64,000 nt of DNA from Candidatus Sulfomarinibacteraceae bacterium. Lineage in GTDB: Bacteria; Acidobacteriota; Thermoanaerobaculia; Thermoanaerobaculales; Sulfomarinibacteraceae. A program made the translations under genes and the position numbers. The notes below the pieces were generated by a model. That model had not been told where the DNA came from. It saw nothing but the letters and a program-made list of their open reading frames with translations, and did not search any database. Below are positions 1-8,504 of this stretch, piece by piece. Within the stretch, counting starts at the first letter, position 1, and the number at the start of each line of letters is the position of its first letter. The stretch is from contig CAWCLO010000002.1 of NCBI GenBank assembly GCA_963796455.1, positions 128,001 to 192,000 of the forward strand. The letters run 5' to 3'.

Positions 1-2
1 CT

Positions 3-2537
3 GGTCGTTGGTTAGCCCTGGCTGGGCGCGAATTCAAGGGTTCGGCGGGGCGCCTGGTTTTTTTTGCCGCCTGTCTCTCGGTGGGGGTTGCGGCGGTGGT
101 CGCAGTTGCCGGTTTGTCGCGGGCGCTCGATCACGGGATCCAGGCCCAGGCGCGACAGCTTCTGGCTGCGGATATCGCAGTCTCCAGTCGGCGACCGATC
201 CCAGCCGAGGTCCTCGAGGCGATCGACGGATTGGCCGGTGCCGATCGGGTGGAGATTCGAGAATTGCCGAGCGTTGTTTCGTCACCCTCACCAGACGGTG
301 CGCCCGGTCCGTCGCAGTTATGCGAACTCAAGGCAGTGGGTGCGGGGTATCCGTTCTACGGCGAATTCTTGAGTGAGCCGGCCGGCCCGCTCGCCGAGCT
401 TCTGGCGGGCGATCAGGTGCTGGTCGACAGAGAGCTCCTGTCGAGGCTCGGTGTGGCCATTGGTCAATCGATTCGCGTCGGCTCGGTCGAGCTTCGTATC
501 GCCGGGCTTGTCGAGGCCGAGCCGGATCGTCTCGAGGTGGGTTTTGCGCTCGGCCCGCGGGTCCTCCTGTCGCTTGAAAGCCTCGAAAAGAGCGGGCTGA
601 CGGGTCTGGGCAGCCGGGTTTCGTACCAGGCTCTCGTGCGGCTGCAGCAGGGCGTAGAATCTGATGCCGTCGCCGCCGCCGCCGAGGTGATTCGAGAGGC
701 GACCGCAAACCCCGAATTCCTCCGGGTCGAGACCTTTTCAGAGGCCCAGCCCGCTTTGCGGCGGGGAATCGATCGGGTCGAACGTTTTCTCGGTCTCGTG
801 GCGCTGCTGTCATTATTGATCGGCGGGATCGGAGTGGCCCAGGCGGTCCGCGCCTGGCTTGCCGGACGACTCGATGCCATCGCCGTCCTCAAGGCGGTTG
901 GAGTGAGGCCGCGCGAAGTCTTTACCCTCTATCTCGGACAAACGGCCCTTCTCGCTTTCGTGGGGAGCGCGGTTGGCGCGGTGGCCGGGGCATTGGTGGC
1001 CAGGGCGGTGCCCGGCCTGCTTTCTGATCTGATGCCGGTGCGTATCGAAGTGGGTTGGCAACCGGTCGCAATGCTTCGTGGCGTTTTGCTCGGAGTGGGT
1101 GTCGCTGCGATCTTTGCTCTGCGGCCCCTGATCGATGTCCTTCGCGTGCCGCCGGTCCGGGTGTTGCGGCGGGATGCCGATCCATTGCCGGTGAGCCGCG
1201 GCGTGGCCGTTGTTCTGGCATTGGTCCTCGGCGCCGGGATCGCGACGACCGCGGCAGTCCAATCAGGTTCGCTGATGCGGGGTCTGCAGTTCGCCGTCGG
1301 GATCGCCGTTGCGACCCTTCTGCTGGCGGGAGGTGCCTGGCTGGTGATCCGATCGGTGGCCGGCCTGCCGCGCGATCTCGGATCGGTTTCGCTGCGCCAC
1401 GGTCTTGCCGCCCTGGCGCGCCCGGGCTCGGGAACCCTCGGCGCGGTTGTCGCTCTCGGTCTAGGGGTGTTGACCGTCCTCGGCATGTTTTTGATCCAGG
1501 GCCGGTTGACCGCCCAACTCGATGCGGAACTGCCTGATGAGGCGCCGACCGCCTTTCTGGTCGATATACAACCCGATCAATGGGACGGAGTGCAGGCTGT
1601 CCTCGAAGAGGCCGGTGGCGAAGACCTCGAGGCGGTGGAAGTGGTGATGGCGCGCCTGCAGGCGATCAACTCGGTTCCGGTGGGAGAGTTGGTGGCCCGT
1701 GCCGATGAAGGGACCCAGGATCGCCGCTGGGTGCTGACCAGGGAGCAGCGGCTGACGTGGCTGGAGACTCTGCCCGAGGACAACGTGATCCTCGAAGGGG
1801 AGTTGTGGTCGGTGGATGACCGCGATGAGGTCAGCATCGAGAGAGATTTTGCCGAAGATCTCGACGTGGGTGTCGGCGACACCATCACCCTCAATGTCCA
1901 GGGGGTGCCTCTCGAATTGTTGGTCAGCACCATCCGCCAGGTTGACTGGACCCGGTTTTCGATCAACTTCTTTTTGGTTGTGGAGCCTGGCGTGCTTGAT
2001 CATGCGCCGGGCTTTCGCATAGCCACTGTTCGGCTGCAGGAGAGCGCCGAGCTTCCAACCCAGGATCGGCTCGCAGCAGCCTATCCCAACATCACCATGC
2101 TGCGAATTCGAGAGGTCCTGCTCAAGGTCGTCAGCATCCTTCAGCAGCTCGGTTTTGGGGTGCGATTCATCGGCAGCTTTACCGTGCTGGCGGGCATCGC
2201 TATTCTCTTCGGCTCGGTGGCTGCCGGGGCGGTGCGACGCAGCAAGCAGGTCGCCCTGTACAAGACGCTGGGGATGACCCGGGCGCAGGTGGCCGCGATC
2301 TTTGCCCTCGAATACGCGTTGGTCGGTCTGGTGGCGGGTGTGATCGGGACAGTGGGCGGCGTCGCGCTGGCCTGGGCGGTGACCCGATTCGGTTTCGAGA
2401 TCGTGTGGGCGTGGTCGCCGGTGGCGCTCGTGATCTCGGTGCTGTCGGCCACTCTCCTCAGTGTGGTTGCGGGTCTGGCGGCCAGCACCCGTGCCCTCGC
2501 TGTACGTCCTCTGGCGGTGCTCCGTCAAGGGGACTGA
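3..2537 (+). CDS. ABC transporter permease, FtsX/MacB-like (YbbP-type); 5' end truncated by window edge
   Basis: Frame is open back to position 3 (GRWLALAGREFKGSAGRLVFFAACLSVGVAA). Two permease halves with 'IAVLKAVG' and 'VALYKTLG' motifs; 'AFLVDIQPDQ' and 'WTRFSINFF' are typical of YbbP-type permeases. Confidence 0.9.
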   Translation, partial: GRWLALAGREFKGSAGRLVFFAACLSVGVAAVVAVAGLSRALDHGIQAQARQLLAADIAVSSRRPIPAEVLEAIDGLAGADRVEIRELPSVVSSPSPDGAPGPSQLCELKAVGAGYPFYGEFLSEPAGPLAELLAGDQVLVDRELLSRLGVAIGQSIRVGSVELRIAGLVEAEPDRLEVGFALGPRVLLSLESLEKSGLTGLGSRVSYQALVRLQQGVESDAVAAAAEVIREATANPEFLRVETFSEAQPALRRGIDRVERFLGLVALLSLLIGGIGVAQAVRAWLAGRLDAIAVLKAVGVRPREVFTLYLGQTALLAFVGSAVGAVAGALVARAVPGLLSDLMPVRIEVGWQPVAMLRGVLLGVGVAAIFALRPLIDVLRVPPVRVLRRDADPLPVSRGVAVVLALVLGAGIATTAAVQSGSLMRGLQFAVGIAVATLLLAGGAWLVIRSVAGLPRDLGSVSLRHGLAALARPGSGTLGAVVALGLGVLTVLGMFLIQGRLTAQLDAELPDEAPTAFLVDIQPDQWDGVQAVLEEAGGEDLEAVEVVMARLQAINSVPVGELVARADEGTQDRRWVLTREQRLTWLETLPEDNVILEGELWSVDDRDEVSIERDFAEDLDVGVGDTITLNVQGVPLELLVSTIRQVDWTRFSINFFLVVEPGVLDHAPGFRIATVRLQESAELPTQDRLAAAYPNITMLRIREVLLKVVSILQQLGFGVRFIGSFTVLAGIAILFGSVAAGAVRRSKQVALYKTLGMTRAQVAAIFALEYALVGLVAGVIGTVGGVALAWAVTRFGFEIVWAWSPVALVISVLSATLLSVVAGLAASTRALAVRPLAVLRQGD

Positions 2538-2542
2538 CGGAG

Positions 2543-3434
2543 AACCACCAAGACACCAAGGACGGACACCAGGAAAACCACAGAGGCACAGAGACACTGA
2601 GAGAGAACGCCCGCAGATCACGCAGAGAGACCCAGATTGATCATCTTTTTCGCTATCGTAGCTATCGCTATCGCTATCGCTATCGCTATCGACTGGAGAC
2701 TGACCGGATTTGCCCACAGATCTCCCAGATGACCCGGATGGCCGGCGTCGCAACCACAAAGACACAAAGACACAAAGCAGTCACGCCAAGAAAACCACAG
2801 AGGCACGGAGGCACAGAGAGAGAGAACGCCCGCAGATCACGCAGATAGACGCAGATCCATCGCAAAGAACGCAAAGAACGCAAAGTCGTAAAGACGCCAA
2901 GGCGAGTTGACCGGACTTGATGCGACGTTGCCATCAGTGTCGGCAGATCGACAGACGATCTCCGATCGCCCGTCGCCGGTGAGAAGCGGGGTGCCTCCAA
3001 TCGCCAGCGCTCGGAGTCACCCCGCGTCCCACCGCCCGGCACGCCCACGGCGTGCCGGTTCTGCCTTGGATCGGTGACGTCATCCCTTGATTGAAGAAAA
3101 GAGGAGGAAAGAGGCGAGACCTGCGCGGTCGCGCAGGCAGCTGGGTCAGGAAACCGTGACGAAAGCTCGTTTTCGGAACAGTTTCCTGACCCAGCTGTAC
3201 CTGGCCGCCCCTGGCGGCCAGAACCTCGCCGGACTGTGGATGGTCCGGGAAGTCCTCTGCGTCTCCGTGACTCTGCGCCTTTGCGTTAAGAACTCGAGAG
3301 GCTGACGCCGCGTGTTTTCAGCGGTCGGTGATGTTCCTGCAATCAGTCTGTCATCTGCGTCTATCTGCGTGATCTGTGGGCAAATTGCGCGGCTTTGCGT
3401 TTGCGATGTCTTCGCGCCTTTGCGTCTTTGCGTT
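2543..3434 (+). repeat. Composite intergenic element, copy A (short-repeat arms in inverted orientation around a hairpin core)
   Basis: Left arm has CACCAAG, CAC(A/G)GAG, CGCAGAT, GCTATC x5 (2661-2690), CACAAAG and CGCAAAG arrays. Core is about 2935-3137. Right arm carries the reverse complements, e.g. ATTTGCCCACAGATC 2708-2722 vs GATCTGTGGGCAAAT 3371-3385. Confidence 0.9.
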
Positions 3435-3559
3435 GAAAAGATAGATCGGCGAGGAAGTGAACTCGATGACACAATTTGCCGGGAGCCTCCGTTCTCAAGT
3501 GATTCTGGGCCTTTGCGCTGCCCGTCTGTGCTTCTGTGGTTGTCGCGGACCCGGAGAAC

Positions 3560-3916
3560 TCAGAAGGGCTTGGTGATGGCCAACCAGGCGGCGAGTCCTC
3601 CGAGGATGGGCAGCCCGGTCCAGATCACCACCGCCCACTCGGGTTTGCGCCGCAACGGCACCACGGCCATCGCGAGAATCAACCAGAGACCGAACTTGGC
3701 CCACGCCCAGTTCGGAATTGCACCAAACATTTTCAGCCTCGCGAGCAGTCCGAATCCGGCAACCAGAACGATCACGAGGGCAACGCCGTGGGCGACCCCG
3801 GCGAGACGCCGAAGCTGGCTACTGGTCGTGCCCGCAGTTGCAGCCAGCGTGCCGAGGGACGTAAAGAGAAGAATAATCGCGAAGACGTGCAGCACCCGAT
3901 AAAACTCGTAGCTCAT
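3560..3916 (-). CDS. Small integral membrane protein (about 4 TM; SirB2-like hypothetical)
   Basis: MSYEFYRVLH start with GGAGG upstream; four hydrophobic segments; 'WAWAKFGLW' motif. Confidence 0.7.
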   Translation of the reverse strand: MSYEFYRVLHVFAIILLFTSLGTLAATAGTTSSQLRRLAGVAHGVALVIVLVAGFGLLARLKMFGAIPNWAWAKFGLWLILAMAVVPLRRKPEWAVVIWTGLPILGGLAAWLAITKPF

Positions 3917-3987
3917 CAAAGCCTCCATCCCGAACAACGTAATTCGAATGCCGGCATTCCCTGGTGTAGGATCCCGGTGGAGTGTAT

Positions 3988-4431
3988 ATGAACCGAGTCG
4001 CCTTCATACTTCTGTTAATCCTGGCCGGATGCAGTCATGTTCCGGTTGCCGAGGAGGCCCCAATGACCGGTGTCGTGTTTTTCAAGACCGAGCGACTCGA
4101 GGACCTCACCCGCTTCTATACCGATCGGGTCGGCACCGAGTTGTGGATGGATCAAGAAGACTGCCGCATCTTCCGCCACGGGCAGTTTCTCTTCGGTTTT
4201 TGCCAACGTGAGACGGCCGAGACCTGCGGTGTGCTGACCTTTGTCTACCGCGGCCGCGAAGGCGTCGACCGGATGTACGATTTGTTTCGTGATGAGGCCC
4301 TCGAAGAACCGCGAGACAACCCGCGCTATCCGATCTACAATTTTTTCGCGCGCGACCCTGAGGGCCGGTTGATCGAGTTTCAGTTCTTTTCCGGTGACGA
4401 TGTTGACTGGTCCTACGCTGATTCTCGATGA
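3988..4431 (+). CDS. VOC/glyoxalase family protein with possible lipoprotein signal
   Basis: 'FYTDRVG' and C-terminal 'FFARDPEGRLIEFQ' VOC motifs; N-terminal hydrophobic stretch ending LAGC; alternative start ATG 4063 with GAGGAGG. Confidence 0.85.
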   Translation: MNRVAFILLLILAGCSHVPVAEEAPMTGVVFFKTERLEDLTRFYTDRVGTELWMDQEDCRIFRHGQFLFGFCQRETAETCGVLTFVYRGREGVDRMYDLFRDEALEEPRDNPRYPIYNFFARDPEGRLIEFQFFSGDDVDWSYADSR

Positions 4432-4504
4432 CTATCAGGGCACTGCTAAACTCTGATCGTGGTCGGGCAGCCGGCGATTCAACGGCCCCTCCCGGGAGAC
4501 CAAC

Positions 4505-4951
4505 TTGGAACTGAGCGAAGTCTTTCAGAGCTGGGAAGAAGATCTGGTGGATGAGGCGGTGACCGAGTTGCGCCACGCCAGGCTGCAGCACTACATCGCC
4601 GATGGCGACTCGGTCACGCGTTTGAGGGTTGGAAGGTTCATCAACCGTGCCTTCGAGTGTTTTGCCATCCGGCGGGCCGATCCGATGATCGAGCACGCGG
4701 AACAAATCGCCAGGGAACGCTTTTCGGCGGGCTACGATCTCTTCGAGGTTCAGACCGCGATCAACGTGATCGAGGAAGCGCTGTGGAAACGCATCCTCTC
4801 ATCCGTCGAGCCGGAAGAGCTCGCCCATGCGCTCGGGATGGTCAACGCCATCTTCGGAATGTCCAAGGATGTGCTGGCGCGGACCTACGTCTCCTTGACC
4901 ACGAACCAGGAAACTCCGCGCAAAGAGATCGACGAGATCCTCGACGGTTAG
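4505..4951 (+). CDS. Hypothetical all-alpha protein (RsbRD N-terminal-like)
   Basis: TTG start after GGGAG; coding-like composition; 'ARERFSAGYDLFEVQ' resembles RsbRD_N-type helical domains. Confidence 0.6.
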   Translation: MELSEVFQSWEEDLVDEAVTELRHARLQHYIADGDSVTRLRVGRFINRAFECFAIRRADPMIEHAEQIARERFSAGYDLFEVQTAINVIEEALWKRILSSVEPEELAHALGMVNAIFGMSKDVLARTYVSLTTNQETPRKEIDEILDG

Positions 4952-4966
4952 GTCGCGCACGCGACC

Positions 4967-5523
4967 GATGCTGGATGCTGGATCTGGCACGGCGTGGCCT
5001 GTAGGGAGAAGCCGGAGAAACCGCAGATCACGCAGATAGACGCAGATGGCAGCCGGACTTCCTGGGAATCCCTGTGCATGCGAATCTCACCTCCCGATGT
5101 CATCCTGAGCGGAGCCCCTCAGGGGGCGCAGTCGAAGGATCTATGAGATGGAACGGAAGATTCTCAGGCCGTAGGCTTGCCGGCCGGTGGGAAGCGGGGT
5201 GACTCCGAGCGCTGGCGATTGAGGTCACCCCGCTTCTCACCGGCGACTGGCGATCGGAGATCGTCTGTCGATCTGCCGATACCGATGGCACCCTCGCACG
5301 AGTTCGGCGACCTACCCTTTGCGTTTCTGCGACTTTGCGTTCTTTGCGGTTCATCCTGTGTTTTTCTGTGTGCTCTGTCGGCCATCGTGTTTGCGACGAG
5401 GCCGTTTGCGATGGATCTGCGTCCATCTGCGTGATCTGCGGGCGTTCTCTCTCTGTGTCTCCGTGCCTCCGTGTTTGCGGCGTCCCTATCTGCGGCCATC
5501 TGTGTGATCTGCGGTTTCTCTGA
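4967..5523 (-). repeat. Composite intergenic element, copy B (inverted, internally deleted)
   Basis: Core 5228-5277 is the reverse complement of 2942-2991 with one substitution. Terminal inverted repeats GAGAAACCGCAGATCAC(G/A)CAGAT at 5015-5037 and 5498-5520. Contains one REP-like arm at 5096-5142. Confidence 0.9.
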
Positions 5524-5537
5524 CCGACGCCGCACCC

Positions 5538-7319
5538 TTATAGATTGCGCACTTCCTCCGGGATGTCCTTCCAGCTCATGAACTGCAGATTGCAGAGTCG
5601 AAACTCGAGCCGGCCGTCCTCGCCGCGCACCAGAGCACCATCGGGCCCCATGGATGTCAGAAGATGCTCGGGACGAAGACGCAAGGCCTCGACTCCCAGT
5701 TCTTCGAGGCGGTCTTCCAGGCTTTGCACCACATGCATCGATTCGTCGACGGAGAGCAGCATACGCTCCACCGCCGCCTCCACATTCAAGGACCGGTAGA
5801 CCGAAGCCTCCGACTCCTCTTCGGTGTGGACCGGGCCGTCCCACTGGTCCCAGATGGTGACGTAATTGCGCCCGGCCTCGAGGATCGGCTCACCATCGGG
5901 AGACAGAATCTCGGCGTGGCTGTGGAAGCGGCTGGGGTCGAAGAGCGATTCTTTGAGTTGCGACCGATGACCGGTGCGATAGATGGCTCGGGGCAGGATG
6001 GTCCTGACTGAGTGGCGACGCAGCCAATAGGCCAGTGCCACTTCCTCGAAGGGGCTGTTGAAGCCGCGGGCCAGAAGTTGAAATCCTTCCGGACCGAGCG
6101 CCGCATGCTCCGGGTATTCACCTACGCGCGACACCTTCCATACGAATCGGACGTTGTCCTTGGTGGTCGTGAGATAGGTCTCGTGGTTTTCCCACAACCT
6201 GATCTGGGGTGTGGTTCGCCACCTCTCCGGCAGAAAATAGTCAAAAAGATCGGGGTCGCGACCGACAACCCACAACGCACCCCCGGTGCTTTCGCTGTGG
6301 CCGAAAAGATAGTCGATTCCAAAGATCCGCGACGCTCTGAGGTGTTTCGGAAGCCGTTTTAAGGCCCCGGTCCCGGTGACCGCTTCGATCTTGATCTGTT
6401 GCCGTTGGCGTTGGTATTTGTGGTGGCGCTTTTCGAGGATTTCCCGCTCGTATTCGGGTGTCCGCTCCATGAGCTCGAAATCGACCATTCCCCACTGAAT
6501 CTGATCGTCTCTTTTGACGAGGTTTTCGCGATCTTCGACTTCGACGATCACGTGCACCGGTTTCATGTCGAGAACGAGAAAACCCTTCGCGGCGGACGCA
6601 TCGATCGCGCGCTGGTTCAGGGCGAGCACCTGATCGTGAGTCAGCCAACCGTTTTCTTCGGCCAGACAGACATCGATGCCCTGCAGCCATTCGTAGACCA
6701 TGATGTAGTCGCGCATGATGTCGATCGCCATGCCCGGGTGTTTGGCCACCTTGTTGGCGATCCGCCACTGGAAACGACCGGTCTGGGATGGCTGCCACTT
6801 TTCGGGCGGCACATAGATGGCGAGCGGAATCTGGGTCTTGACCTCGAGACCTTTGGGGCCGCGCTTGGAGTGGCGCAGTTCGTCCACCAGGGCAAACTCT
6901 TCGAAGGGCCCGTTGAACTCGCAGGACAGGAGATCCCGGATCGCCTTGGTCTCGATGGGCACCTTCTGGCCGACCCGGCTGAATTTGACCACCACCACCA
7001 TGTATTCGCCGTCGATGGGTTTGGTCGGCGAAGCATAGACCGCGCCGGTTCCTTCGAGGATCTCGCGGTGTTTGCGGAACCACGCCAGATCGTACCAACT
7101 GTCGGGTTGGAGATGCTCGGAGCGGGCAAATCCATCGCCGGTCAGATAAAGATCGGCCCCGGACTCGGTCACTGTGTGGACGTAGTCGACCCCCAGGACG
7201 TTGACCAGCTGCGCATCAGGCGGCAGATTTCTGATTGCGACCGGGGCGCCGGAAGATCGAACTTCGGCGATCTCACGGGCGCGGGCGCGTGGATCGGTTG
7301 TGGATTGATCGGTGCTCAT
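5538..7319 (-). CDS. Hypothetical protein with two tandem protein-kinase-like domains (second degenerate)
   Basis: Internal duplication: VVVKFSRVGQ..FNGPFEE..PLAIY vs VWKVSRVGE..FNSPFEE..PRAIY. First domain has LDMKPVHV and VDFE kinase-like motifs. Start MSTDQ with GAGG upstream. Confidence 0.7.
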   Translation of the reverse strand: MSTDQSTTDPRARAREIAEVRSSGAPVAIRNLPPDAQLVNVLGVDYVHTVTESGADLYLTGDGFARSEHLQPDSWYDLAWFRKHREILEGTGAVYASPTKPIDGEYMVVVVKFSRVGQKVPIETKAIRDLLSCEFNGPFEEFALVDELRHSKRGPKGLEVKTQIPLAIYVPPEKWQPSQTGRFQWRIANKVAKHPGMAIDIMRDYIMVYEWLQGIDVCLAEENGWLTHDQVLALNQRAIDASAAKGFLVLDMKPVHVIVEVEDRENLVKRDDQIQWGMVDFELMERTPEYEREILEKRHHKYQRQRQQIKIEAVTGTGALKRLPKHLRASRIFGIDYLFGHSESTGGALWVVGRDPDLFDYFLPERWRTTPQIRLWENHETYLTTTKDNVRFVWKVSRVGEYPEHAALGPEGFQLLARGFNSPFEEVALAYWLRRHSVRTILPRAIYRTGHRSQLKESLFDPSRFHSHAEILSPDGEPILEAGRNYVTIWDQWDGPVHTEEESEASVYRSLNVEAAVERMLLSVDESMHVVQSLEDRLEELGVEALRLRPEHLLTSMGPDGALVRGEDGRLEFRLCNLQFMSWKDIPEEVRNL

Positions 7320-7414
7320 GAGCCCTCTTTTCACCGTGGATTATCTCAGATCATCTGCGTCATCGACCCGGAATTCCACGGAGGTCACAGAAGTCGCCTG
7401 TTTGTTCGAAGCAG

Positions 7415-8477
7415 GATGCACGATGCTGGAAGATCCCGCTGTCGGAGAAACCGCAGATCACGCAGATGGACGCAGATTGATCATCGCTATCGCTATCGCT
7501 ATCGCTATCGACGGGAGACGGACCGGATATGCCCACTGATTACCCAGGTGGACCCAGCCAAGAACGCCGCAAACACGAAGACACAAAGACACGAAGGCGC
7601 CACACCAAGAAAACCACGGAGGCACGGAGACACAGAGAGGGAACACAGAGAGCTGGCGAAAAGGCTGACAGAACACACAGAAAGACACAGAAGCCATCGC
7701 AAAGGTACAACCGGAGTGCAGCCGGGACGGCTGCACCACCATGGTGGTGCACGCGTCTCGCGTGCACATGGTTGAACCGCAAAGTACGCAAGGAACGCAA
7801 AGTCGCAAAGACGCCAAGGCGCGGTTGCCGAGATTGTGGGAGGGTGCCGTCAGTGGCGGCAGATCGACAGACGATCTCCGATCGCCCGTCGCCGGTGAGA
7901 AGCGGGGCGCCTCCGAACGCCAGCGCTCGCAGTCACCCCGCATCCCACCGTCCGGCACGCCTCCGGCATGCCGGATCTGCCTCGCATTGGTGACCGCCTT
8001 CCTTGATTGAAGAAGAGGAGAGGAAGGAGGCGAGACCTGCGCGATCGCGCAGGCCGCTGGTTGACGGCCAGGACCTCGCCGGGCGAAGGAATCTTCCGGG
8101 AAGTTCTCTGCGTCTCCGCGCCTTTGTGCCTCTGCGTTAAGAACGCGACAGGCGGCAGCTGCGTGGGTTTTGAGCTGGCAGCTTCTTTTCAAGATGTCAT
8201 CCTGAGCGAAGCGCCTTTGGCGCGCAGTCGAAGGATCTGCGGCTCGACTCGAGGTCTTAGTCACCTGTCTCATAGATCCTTCGACTACGCCCCCTGCGGG
8301 GCTCCGCTCAGGATGACATCGGGAGGCGACATTCGCATCCACATTGATTCCTACGAAGTCAGGCTGTCATCTGCGTCTCTCTGCGTGATCTGCGGTTTCT
8401 CCGACTGAAACTCCCCGGTGCACGGAATCGGGTTGGGCCGGGCCGATCCAGCATCCACTATCCAGTATCGAGTATCG
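7415..8477 (+). repeat. Composite intergenic element, copy C (longest)
   Basis: 37-bp terminal inverted repeats 7441-7477 / 8369-8405 (first 26 bp perfect); GCTATC x4 at 7486-7509; core 7858-7907 identical to 2942-2991; outer inverted GATGCTG-type heptamers. Confidence 0.9.
8193..8320. repeat. REPIN-like element (two inverted GTCATCCTGAGC...GAAGGATCT arms)
   Basis: GATGTCATCCTGAGCG at 8193 and its exact reverse complement ending at 8320; AGTCGAAGGATCT / AGATCCTTCGACT also pair; each arm contains a small GC hairpin. Confidence 0.85.
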
Positions 8478-8504
8478 TGTGGTCGCAAGATGGGGAGGTG
8501 GGGC

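Noticed and set aside
2405..2848. ORFs with YRYRYR / IAIAIA / SDSDSD runs
   Set aside because: These are translations of the GCTATC microsatellite and overlap real genes or repeat arms.
7741..8010. Recurring peptide 'GRSTDDLRSPVAGEKRG' in ORFs over the element core
   Set aside because: No shared start or SD, copy A has an upstream in-frame stop and copy D is frameshifted; substitutions track base pairing. A micro-protein is not strictly excluded.
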